From a virus, in IMG/VR virus record IMGVR_UViG_3300036945_000814, positions 1 through 64,000 of that record: DNA of 64,000 bases; one strand, written 5' to 3'. Positions 56,163 through 64,000 of the stretch are shown here, in pieces. Numbering within the stretch: position 1 is the stretch's first letter; each line of letters opens with the position of its first letter. Under the pieces are notes generated by a model. That model saw only the letters and a list, made by a program, of their open reading frames with translations. It was not told the origin of the DNA and searched no databases. The translations under genes were made by a program, and so were the position numbers.

Positions 56163-59100
56163 GTGGCGCTGTGGACTGCCGATCAGCTTGCGAAAGTCCG
56201 CGCCGTCATCGCGCGGCACCATGCGGCGATCACCATCGCCATCTTCGGACACAAGGCCCTGCCCGACGACCTCGTCAAAGACCTCCGGGCCTCCGGCATC
56301 CCCGTGCCCACCGGCCCGCAGCTCATCGACGACGCCTTCACCTACGGGCAGCTCGTTGCCCTCCTTCGCGATCCGAAGCTCGCCACCAAGAGCCCCGCCG
56401 AGATCGCCGAGCTTGTGGCCGCCCGCAAGATCCCGTTGCAGCTCACGCCGTCTGAGAAGGCCGCCGTCGAAGTCGCGCGCACGCACGCCGGGCAGTACGT
56501 CGTCGGCCTCGGCACCCGCGTCGCGGGGCAGGTCATGGCCGCCGTCACCGGCGCCGAGGCCAACCTCACCCCCGAGCGCATGGTCGAGATCATTCAGGAC
56601 AAGACCGCCGGCAACCTCGCCCGGCGCGAGACGATCGACAGCCTGAGATCCGACCTCGGGCACGCGATGGGCAACTGGACCCGCGACTGGCAGCGCATCG
56701 CGATGACCGAGTCGAACAACGCGATCCAAGAAGGCACCGCGGCCACCATCGAGAAAGAGCACGGCGTCGACGAGCTTGTGTCGAAGATGCCGCGCCCCGA
56801 CGCCTGCCCGGACTGCAAGCGCCTGTACCTCCGCGGCGGCGAGCCCATCATTTTCAAGCTCTCCGAGCTGCGTGCCAACGGCAGCAACGTCGGCCGAAAG
56901 AAGCGCGACTGGAAGCCGACCATCGAGGCCGTCCACCCGTGGTGCGGATGCGTGCTCGTGCGAATCCCCGCGGGCATGGTCTGGGAGGACGGCGAGCTTG
57001 TCGTCGACAAGGCGGAGAAAAGCCAAGCGGGTATTGAAATGCCCGCCCGGCCCGCATTTCAATACCCGCTGCGGAAAGCCGCCCGCAAGCTCCACGGTCG
57101 CCTCACGTTTGCCGGGATGCCGATCAGCATCGAGAACCGCCGGGGCTCGTTCCGCCATTGGTTCGACCCGGTCGCCAAAGAGCACGGCAAGACCAAGGTG
57201 CTTTTCCCCTACGGCTACATCCGGCTCACCGAGGCCGCCGACGGCGACCACGTCGACGTCTACGTCGGCCCGCTCAAGACGGCGCCCAACGTCTACGTCG
57301 TCCACCAACGCAAGAAGAAACCGGATGGATCTTTCGGCGGCTACGACGAGGACAAGGCCATGCTCGGTTTCCCGTCGGCCAGCGCGGCGAAGCGGGCCTA
57401 CCTCGCGCACTACAGCGACCCGAGATTCTTCGGGGCGATGACGACCATGACCGTCGCCGAGTTCAAGGTAAAGCTCGTGGAGAACCGGGGGCGAAAGATC
57501 ACGAAGGCATGGCGCGAGCCGACGGCGCTCGTGATCGACATGCTGGCGAAGAGCTATGCCCCGTGCGTGCGCTGTGGCGAAATGTCGAAGGAGTCGAGCA
57601 GCGACGGCGCCGAGCCGTGCTGGACGTGTCGCAAGGCGCTCGAAGCCGCCGGTACGCCCTACGTTCGCGCCGGGTGGAAAGACGGCGTGGAGCTGGCGAA
57701 AGCCGGCGGCCCGTACATCGGCCCCAAGGGCGGCAAATGGGCCGACCCCGAGCACACCGTTGCGTGGCAAGAGCCCGGCGGCGTCGAGAGCCTGCCCCAC
57801 CTTGAGGACGAAAAATGGGATGACGGCACCGTCGTTCGCTGGCGGCAAAGCCCGTTCGTTCACGCGCCGCCCCGGTCAAAGCCGCAGCTCCCGTCGTCAA
57901 CGCCAACCTCGATCGAGCACGTTCCCCTCGACAAGCTGCACGCAACGCAGAAGCGCGTCACCGAGGGGGGCGTGCAGAAGTACCTCGACAAGCCGTTGAA
58001 CGCGGCCGCCGACGACAAGCTCGATCTCCCGCTCGTCACCGTCGACAAAGACGGCAAGCACTTCATTCAGGACGGGCACCACCGTCTCACGGCCGCCAAG
58101 CTCCGCGGCGAGGCGTCCGTTCCCGTCCGGGTGCAGCGAGAAAAGGCCGAGGAGAAGAAAACGCACGAACCGCTGGCGCCCGACTACGAGCCGAAGGTCG
58201 GCGACGAGCACGCGATCCCCGGCCCGCACGGCATGGCCGCGTTCACGGCGCGCATCGAGCACGTCGGCGACGACCATGTGCGGATCTCGCAGAACCACGG
58301 CGACGAGCGTCGCGGCACAGGGGCTCACGGTACAAGGGTGCCGAAAGCGGCGGTGTCGCACTTCGTCAACGACCTCCGCGGCGTCGTTCACGGCCCGCCG
58401 TCGAGCGACCCGCGCGTGCAGGCGGTACTCGACGGCAAGGCCGAGCACCTTGGCAAAGGCGACGACGGCATCGCCTTCCGCGTCGGCGACACCGTCGTCA
58501 AGGCGTCGACGACGGTGCCCTACCAACCGTTCAACGAAAACTACTTGACGCCGGCGACGGCGGCCGAGCGCATGGTCGAGCAGGTGAACACGTCGAACGC
58601 GATGCACGCCGACGGCGTGCCCGGCATCATGCGTTCCGAGCTTGTCCACAACGGCGACAAGGCGTTTCAGATCAAGCCCTACGTCGAGATCCCCGACAAG
58701 CTCACCCGCGAACAACTCGACAGCGTCGCCGATTCAGTGCTCAAGGCGCACGCCGCCGGCTACACGTTCAACGACGAGATCCAAGTAGGCGTTCACGAGG
58801 GCAAGCTCGTTCACTTCGACACCGGCAAGGCGGCGAAGGCGCCCGACGAGAAGCGCCTCAAAGAAAGAGCCGAAGACGACGAGGAACGCCTCAAAGACCT
58901 CTTCGCCAAGCACGGCGAGAAGTTCCAGACGACGAAAGAGAAGCACAACCCGCTCATCGAGTGGGAGGAAATGGCGTCGCGAGATCCAAAGAAGATGACA
59001 GATGCCGAGCGCAGCAAGCACGCCTCGCTTCTGTGGATGCACAGCCTCAAGGTGAAGTCGTTTCGCGATCGGGCTGATCCCGTCGACAAAGACTTCTACG

Positions 59101-59621
59101 ACGTGGTCTACAACAACCAAGAGATCGAAGACGCCATCAATCGGTTCAAGTCGCCGATCCGAGAAGCCATCGACGTGCTCAAGTCTGCGTTCGATTCCAT
59201 GAGCGCCGGTGAATCCATCGAGCAGCTTGGCCGCTCGACGTCGCGACTCGGTATGATGAGCTGGCGTGGAAACGAAGACTCACCCCGGCCCGAGCGCCCC
59301 GCGGACATCGTCGGGATCACCGACGACATGGGGCTCACCGTCAAGGGGCGGAAGAAGCGAAAGAAGAAGCACGCCGAGGACAAAGCCGACGCGCGACGCA
59401 GCCGGTTGTCGCCCGCAGACCGCTTCGCCGCCGCCAAGCGGATGCCCAAAAAGGACGCCGTGAAGCCCCTCGCCCCCGACGCGCTCAAGGAAGCCCGTGA
59501 GCAGTCGCGAGACGCCGTGGAAGCCAAGCGCGAGCGCATCCGCGACGACCTCGCTCGGCGGCAGGCGAACAAGCCCCCGATGGATCCCATCCGCATTGCG
59601 CGAGCGAAGGGAGAATCGTGA
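56163..59621 (+). CDS. MuF-like head morphogenesis protein fused to inorganic-pyrophosphatase-like, ParB-like and kinase-like domains
   Basis: RIAMTE...ACPDC...HPWCGC; SIENRRGS...YGYI...DGDHVDVYVG...DEDKAMLGF; LHATQ...DGHHR; LGKGDDG...VVK...HFDTG. Confidence 0.8.
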   Translation: MALWTADQLAKVRAVIARHHAAITIAIFGHKALPDDLVKDLRASGIPVPTGPQLIDDAFTYGQLVALLRDPKLATKSPAEIAELVAARKIPLQLTPSEKAAVEVARTHAGQYVVGLGTRVAGQVMAAVTGAEANLTPERMVEIIQDKTAGNLARRETIDSLRSDLGHAMGNWTRDWQRIAMTESNNAIQEGTAATIEKEHGVDELVSKMPRPDACPDCKRLYLRGGEPIIFKLSELRANGSNVGRKKRDWKPTIEAVHPWCGCVLVRIPAGMVWEDGELVVDKAEKSQAGIEMPARPAFQYPLRKAARKLHGRLTFAGMPISIENRRGSFRHWFDPVAKEHGKTKVLFPYGYIRLTEAADGDHVDVYVGPLKTAPNVYVVHQRKKKPDGSFGGYDEDKAMLGFPSASAAKRAYLAHYSDPRFFGAMTTMTVAEFKVKLVENRGRKITKAWREPTALVIDMLAKSYAPCVRCGEMSKESSSDGAEPCWTCRKALEAAGTPYVRAGWKDGVELAKAGGPYIGPKGGKWADPEHTVAWQEPGGVESLPHLEDEKWDDGTVVRWRQSPFVHAPPRSKPQLPSSTPTSIEHVPLDKLHATQKRVTEGGVQKYLDKPLNAAADDKLDLPLVTVDKDGKHFIQDGHHRLTAAKLRGEASVPVRVQREKAEEKKTHEPLAPDYEPKVGDEHAIPGPHGMAAFTARIEHVGDDHVRISQNHGDERRGTGAHGTRVPKAAVSHFVNDLRGVVHGPPSSDPRVQAVLDGKAEHLGKGDDGIAFRVGDTVVKASTTVPYQPFNENYLTPATAAERMVEQVNTSNAMHADGVPGIMRSELVHNGDKAFQIKPYVEIPDKLTREQLDSVADSVLKAHAAGYTFNDEIQVGVHEGKLVHFDTGKAAKAPDEKRLKERAEDDEERLKDLFAKHGEKFQTTKEKHNPLIEWEEMASRDPKKMTDAERSKHASLLWMHSLKVKSFRDRADPVDKDFYDVVYNNQEIEDAINRFKSPIREAIDVLKSAFDSMSAGESIEQLGRSTSRLGMMSWRGNEDSPRPERPADIVGITDDMGLTVKGRKKRKKKHAEDKADARRSRLSPADRFAAAKRMPKKDAVKPLAPDALKEAREQSRDAVEAKRERIRDDLARRQANKPPMDPIRIARAKGES

Positions 59622-59839
59622 GGTGCCCCGAGTGCAACGCGCAGCTCATGCAAAAGAGCGAGGGCAAGCTCAAGCTGCGCGTGCCGATCCTCGTCTTTTC
59701 CGCCGACGGCGAGTCGTGCGTCACCAACTGCCAGCGATGCAAGGCAGAGATCCCCCTGCCCCTCACGCTCGCAAAAAGCGCGGTGCCCGCGGATGAACCG
59801 CCACCGCGGCTCGTCACCACGCGCTTGACGCGGTCGTGA
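59618..59839 (+). CDS. small Zn-ribbon protein
   Basis: CPEC...CQRC; GGAG SD. Confidence 0.7.
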   Translation: MRCPECNAQLMQKSEGKLKLRVPILVFSADGESCVTNCQRCKAEIPLPLTLAKSAVPADEPPPRLVTTRLTRS

Positions 59840-59899
59840 TCCAGACCCTAGCCTGACCATCGACACCCAATGGCCTTGACCACGAACGGTCAAAAGAGG

Positions 59900-59938
59900 C
59901 GGGCGGTACAGCGAAAGCTGCGCCGCCCGTTTTCGTTT
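59900..59938 (+). terminator. GAAA-tetraloop hairpin plus U tract immediately before the protease RBS
   Basis: CGGGCGGTACAGC-GAAA-GCTGCGCCGCCCG-TTTTCGTTT. Confidence 0.65.
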
Positions 59939-59951
59939 CAGGAGATCCATT

Positions 59952-60794
59952 TTGCAGGAATCAGACGCTCCGGCATTCAACTTCGACTTCGACATCGAAG
60001 TGTTCGAGAAGGCCGGCGTCGCTCCTGAGAAGGCGCGCCGCATCGGCGGCTTCGTGTCCACGAGCGCCCTCGACAAGCAGGGCGAGCGCGTCTTGCAGGA
60101 AGGGCTCGACTTTTCCCCGTTCCTGCAAGACGGGTGGTTCAACGACAACCACAGCAAGGCCACCGCCGACATCGTCGGCTTCCCCGAGACGGCCAAGCTC
60201 ATCCGCAAGGGCGAGCGCCTGCCGAGCGGCACGTCGGCCGACAAGACCGGATGGTTCGTCGAGGGCTACCTCCTGCAAGGGCACCCGCCGAGCGACCGTA
60301 TCTGGGAGCTGGCGAAGGCGTTGCAGAAGACGCCGCGGCGTCTCGGGTTCTCCGTCGAGGGCCGCGTCACGCAGCGGATGAACAAGGCCGGCGAGCCCAT
60401 CGTCGCCCGCGCCGTCGTCAAAAACGTCGCGGTCACCAACTGCCCCGTCAACAATCAGACGTCGCTCGAAGTGCTCGCCAAGAGCCTGAGCGCCATCGAA
60501 ATGAGCAAGGCGCTTGAGGTCGGGCCGCCGCCCGGTCCCGCGAGCGACCCCGGCTCCATCCCCGCCGGCGTGCCCCTGTCGGGCATGGGCGCGGGCCGCG
60601 TGCTCATGCCTGAGTCGATCGGCGGCTACGCCGGCGCCTTCGGCAACCCCAACGGTGCGCAGCCCCGGAAGAAGAAGAAGAAGAAGCTCACCAAGAGCGC
60701 CGCGTTGGATCTCATTCACAGCCGCTATCCGGGCATCACCAACCACACGGCGGCGCGGATCTTCCGCTTCGCTGTCGCACACGCCTCTCACTGA
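59952..60794 (+). CDS. prohead protease (SPO1/Twort-like)
   Basis: GFVST..LDKQGE...GLDFS...FNDNH, LGFSVEG, VAVTNCPVN; AGGAG SD before a TTG start. Confidence 0.9.
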   Translation: MQESDAPAFNFDFDIEVFEKAGVAPEKARRIGGFVSTSALDKQGERVLQEGLDFSPFLQDGWFNDNHSKATADIVGFPETAKLIRKGERLPSGTSADKTGWFVEGYLLQGHPPSDRIWELAKALQKTPRRLGFSVEGRVTQRMNKAGEPIVARAVVKNVAVTNCPVNNQTSLEVLAKSLSAIEMSKALEVGPPPGPASDPGSIPAGVPLSGMGAGRVLMPESIGGYAGAFGNPNGAQPRKKKKKKLTKSAALDLIHSRYPGITNHTAARIFRFAVAHASH

Positions 60795-60814
60795 GAGAGC
60801 AGGAGAAGAACCAC

Positions 60815-61723
60815 ATGGCGAAGAAGCACCCCACCCTCGACACCGAGCCCCTTTTCAAGAGCGACGACGGCGACCTCGACGACGAGCCCGGTATGCCCGA
60901 AGCCGAGGACGCCGACGAGGACGACGAGGACGAGGACGGCGACGGCGTCGACGACGAGGAAGAGGAGCAGATGAAGTCGGATCTCACCGAGGACACGCTC
61001 ATCAAGGCGCTCGACGAGATGGACAGCATCGCCGTCGCCGCGTCCAACGGAATCTCGCCGCGGGAGCAGGCCCTCGCCTCCAAGCTCGCGTCTGGCACCC
61101 CCCTCACCAAGTCGGAGCGTGCCGAGCTGGCCGCGGCCGGCGAACCGATGGCCAAAAGCCACAAGGAGTCTTTCGTGGAGAATCCGCAGATCGCGCAGGG
61201 TTTCGAGGTTTCCGAGTTCCTCGACGCCGCGCTCACCAAGGTCGCCGAAGCCCTCGACACCAACCGCGAGGAAATGACCAAGTCCTTCGGCGAGGTCGGC
61301 GAGTTCAACCGCGCCCTCGCCAAGTCGCTCAACGCCCTCGGCGCCGTCGTCATCGCGCAGGACAAGAAGATCCGGCAGCTCGAAAAGAGCCTCGCCGGTG
61401 AAGCTCCCCGGCGCGTGGTCGAAGCGGCCCCCGCCAAGGGCGTCACCTCCTCGCGCAGCTCCGTCGGCCAGCGGGTCAACGACAGCGGCGGGATGCGCAA
61501 GTCGCAGGCCGCCGGCGGCGCCACGCTCACCAAGGGCATGATCCTCGACACCCTCGACGATCAGATCGCCAAGAGCGACGGCCAGCGCGGCGTGGTCGAC
61601 GGCGTCGACCTCGTGCTCGAAAGCTCGCGCTACGAGACGACGCAGCTCCTCTCCCCCGACGCCATGCGCCTCGTCTGCAAGGCGCGCGGGATCGACCCCT
61701 CCACCCTCGGGCTGAACGGCTGA
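60815..61723 (+). CDS. scaffolding-like protein
   Basis: Acidic and helical, between protease and MCP, about 11 xxK[SAG] motifs. Confidence 0.75.
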   Translation: MAKKHPTLDTEPLFKSDDGDLDDEPGMPEAEDADEDDEDEDGDGVDDEEEEQMKSDLTEDTLIKALDEMDSIAVAASNGISPREQALASKLASGTPLTKSERAELAAAGEPMAKSHKESFVENPQIAQGFEVSEFLDAALTKVAEALDTNREEMTKSFGEVGEFNRALAKSLNALGAVVIAQDKKIRQLEKSLAGEAPRRVVEAAPAKGVTSSRSSVGQRVNDSGGMRKSQAAGGATLTKGMILDTLDDQIAKSDGQRGVVDGVDLVLESSRYETTQLLSPDAMRLVCKARGIDPSTLGLNG

Positions 61724-61785
61724 TCGCCGGCTGAATCCCGTTCACGACCACCGTTCACTTCACAGAAGATCCAAGGAGAATCACC

Positions 61786-63225
61786 ATGAGCTACGGTACT
61801 TTTGTCGGCGCTTCCGACTACGACGGCATCGAAGGCTTCGGCTCGGCGAGCGCCGAGGAAATGCAGAACCTCAACAAAGCCTTGCGCTCCGGTCAGGACC
61901 GCAACGCCCCCGGCACCGTCGTCGCTGGCGACGGCTTCACCCTCAAGCCTGAGAGCTTGGATCGCACGTTGAAGAACGTGACGTACCGGATGGAGCACAT
62001 CCAGTTCTGGAAGTTCCTCGACAAGACCCCGGCCTACAACACGGTCGAGGAGTACAGCCGGCTCCGTGAGTACGGCAACGGCGTCGCGGCCTTCATCGAG
62101 GAAGGCGAGCTGCCCGCCGAGGACGACGCGACCTACTCGCGTGAGTTCAACATCGTGAAGTACATGGGCACGACCCGGCGCATCACGCATGTGATGCAGA
62201 CCGTGCGCACCCACATCGGCTCCGCGGTCGCGCAGGAGACGGTCAACGGCACCATGTGGCTGCTCCGGCAGGTCGAGAAGGCGCTGTTCTACGCCGACTC
62301 GTCGATGGTCCCGGCCGAGTTCGACGGCCTCTTCACGCAGCTCGAAGCGCAGTCGCCGAACATCGTCGACATGCGCGGCAAGCCGCTCAACCAAGACGTG
62401 ATCGAGGAAGCCGCGCACGTCATCCGGGCTTCGCCCAACTACGGCATCCCGACGGATCTGTGGATGGCCGACGGCGTCTACAGCGACCTCGCGCGCCTGT
62501 TCTACCCCACGCAGCGCAGCGAGATCCCGACCCCGGCCAGCGCCGGTGACGGGTACGTCGGCTTCGCGGTGAAGGGGATGCGCACGCAGGCCGGCCCGAT
62601 CCGGTTCCAGCCCGACGTGTTCATCGAGCCCGGTCGCGCCCCCGCGGCCGCTGGCATCGGCGACATCGCCAAGCGCCCCGGCCTCCCCACCATCGGCGTC
62701 GCCGCCGCTGGCGCCCCCGGTGGCGGTGAGGTGTCCCTGTTCGTCGGCGCCAGCGAGGACTTCCGCTACCGCGTGGTCGCGAAGAACCGCTACGGCCTGA
62801 GCGTCCCCGTGGACGTGAACGGCGGCGCCGCGATCACCGTGGCCGCCGGCCAGAAGGTGTCGTTCACGATCACCGACGGTTCGCCGTTGGCCTCGTGCTA
62901 CGTCATCTACCGCACCAAGGCGAACGGCCTGCTCGTCGACGCCGTCGAAATGATCACCGTGCGTCGCACCGGCGCCGTCACGGCTTTCGGCGATCTCAAC
63001 AAGGATCTGCCCGGCACCACGAAGGCCGCGCTGTTGCAGGGCAACCGCGAGAACATCATGGTCAAGCAGCTCGCGCCGTTCACGCGCATCCCGCTCGCCA
63101 CCGTCGACACGTCGATGCGTTGGTCGCAGGTGCTCTACCTGACGCTCACCCTGCACAGCCCGAACAAGAACGTGCTGTTCAAGAACGTCGGCCGCATCGA
63201 GGGCACCAAGAACCTCGCCGTCTGA
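61786..63225 (+). CDS. major capsid protein (SPO1/Twort-like)
   Basis: LNKAL, LKPESLD, YNTVEEY, FYADS...EFDGL, DMRG; AAGGAG SD. Confidence 0.93.
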   Translation: MSYGTFVGASDYDGIEGFGSASAEEMQNLNKALRSGQDRNAPGTVVAGDGFTLKPESLDRTLKNVTYRMEHIQFWKFLDKTPAYNTVEEYSRLREYGNGVAAFIEEGELPAEDDATYSREFNIVKYMGTTRRITHVMQTVRTHIGSAVAQETVNGTMWLLRQVEKALFYADSSMVPAEFDGLFTQLEAQSPNIVDMRGKPLNQDVIEEAAHVIRASPNYGIPTDLWMADGVYSDLARLFYPTQRSEIPTPASAGDGYVGFAVKGMRTQAGPIRFQPDVFIEPGRAPAAAGIGDIAKRPGLPTIGVAAAGAPGGGEVSLFVGASEDFRYRVVAKNRYGLSVPVDVNGGAAITVAAGQKVSFTITDGSPLASCYVIYRTKANGLLVDAVEMITVRRTGAVTAFGDLNKDLPGTTKAALLQGNRENIMVKQLAPFTRIPLATVDTSMRWSQVLYLTLTLHSPNKNVLFKNVGRIEGTKNLAV

Positions 63226-63232
63226 TGGTGAC

Positions 63233-63297
63233 GCCGGGGTGAACCCCGGCTAGGATGAGGGCCGTTGCGCGATCCGTGCAACGGCCCTTTCCCTTTT
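63233..63297 (+). terminator. two hairpins after the MCP; the second is an intrinsic terminator
   Basis: GCCGGGGTGAACCCCGGC, then AGGGCCGTTGCGC-GATCC-GTGCAACGGCCCT-TTCCCTTTT. Confidence 0.8.
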
Positions 63298-63309
63298 CGC
63301 GGAGACAAC

Positions 63310-63837
63310 GTGGCGAAGAAACTGTTTTGCAAGTTCACCCACGAGCGCGGCGAAAAAGTGTTCGTCGGCGGCAAGCTCTACGTCATCGGCGCTGACGGGT
63401 TCCTTGAGGTGGACGACGCGCACGCGCCGCTGCTCCTGCTCAACGACGCGAAGTGGGCCGACCCCGCGGTGACGTCCCCCTACAAGCGCCCCACCGGGCC
63501 GCCGGCGCTCATCCTCGCCGACGCCCAAGGCCGCGAGCTTCCCCCGGCCGAGGCGGCCAAGATTCAGCAGGCAGCCGCCCTCAAGGCCGTGGAGCTTGCC
63601 ACCAAGGCGCCCGAGCCCGAGCCCGCCCCGGTCCCGCCCGAGCCCGAGGTCGTCGAGCCTGAGCCCGCCCCGGCGGAATGGCCGACCATGAGCACCGACA
63701 GCTCGAAGCGCGACATGCTGGCGAACCTCGAAAAGCTCAAGGCCGCGGGTCATGTGGCCGCCGCCGACTTCCACGACAAGATGAGCAAGATGGATCTGCT
63801 TGAGGTCATCGAGCGCGCCTACGACTCGATGGCCTGA
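63310..63837 (+). CDS. hypothetical protein downstream of the MCP
   Basis: GGAG SD before GTG 63310; PE-rich linker. Confidence 0.7.
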   Translation: MAKKLFCKFTHERGEKVFVGGKLYVIGADGFLEVDDAHAPLLLLNDAKWADPAVTSPYKRPTGPPALILADAQGRELPPAEAAKIQQAAALKAVELATKAPEPEPAPVPPEPEVVEPEPAPAEWPTMSTDSSKRDMLANLEKLKAAGHVAAADFHDKMSKMDLLEVIERAYDSMA

Positions 63838-63898
63838 TCGCGTTGCGCTCACGCGCACGCACCGTGATACTTGAACCACCACCCCACCGGAGGCACCC

Positions 63899-64000
63899 AT
63901 GTCCAACCTTTCCGCCGAGCAGAAGGCCGCGCTCAACAAGCTCGGTGATCACTTCCCCGGCCTCGGTCGCACCGACGGCATCGTCCCCGCGCAGCTCGGC
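63899..64000 (+). CDS. 5' part of a gene truncated by the window end
   Basis: GGAGG SD, ATG 63899. Confidence 0.6.
   Translation, partial: MSNLSAEQKAALNKLGDHFPGLGRTDGIVPAQLG

Noticed and set aside
50995-61758. CCGTTCAC upstream of 51018 and twice upstream of the MCP as a late promoter
   Set aside because: Only two loci, and it also occurs inside CDSs; insufficient support
63233-63297. Double hairpin considered as a tRNA or ncRNA
   Set aside because: No cloverleaf or T-loop; fits a terminator

Overview
This is a 64-kb segment of a large, very GC-rich (roughly 70% by eye) tailed dsDNA phage genome. Essentially all credible genes are on the + strand, many coupled by ATGA/GTGA overlaps. Left to right it contains: (i) a replication/recombination block (sigma-like fusion protein, family A DNA polymerase, UvsY-like protein, gp32-like SSB with a long Pro-rich tail, RecA, SbcD/SbcC, RuvC-like resolvase, beta-clamp homologue); (ii) an accessory/early region of many small ORFs with three near-identical sigma70-type promoter cassettes, plus a patatin lipase, XRE regulator, DNA methyltransferase, dUTPase, dCMP deaminase fusion and SLOG/DUF4406 proteins; (iii) an amidase, the terminase large subunit and a SPO1/Twort (Herelleviridae)-like head module (portal, MuF-like protein, prohead protease, scaffold, major capsid protein). 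About 17 kb of giant multidomain proteins are inserted in the head module. Three signals stand out. First, a recurrent [LMF]-x-K-[AS] motif, resembling a prohead-protease cut site, brackets domains of the giant proteins and is often followed by a shared GHKYxxR...YxYxY peptide, suggesting protease-processed, capsid-packaged cargo polyproteins. Second, a bipartite CGACAA-N12-GCGATAG motif lies in front of at least 6 genes and is probably read by a phage sigma factor. Third, several small proteins carry beta-clamp, SSB-tail or polymerase O-helix peptide motifs. No tRNA, rRNA, CRISPR array, integrase or transposase was recognised. All family assignments come from recognising motifs by eye, not from database searches, and the host cannot be determined from this window.
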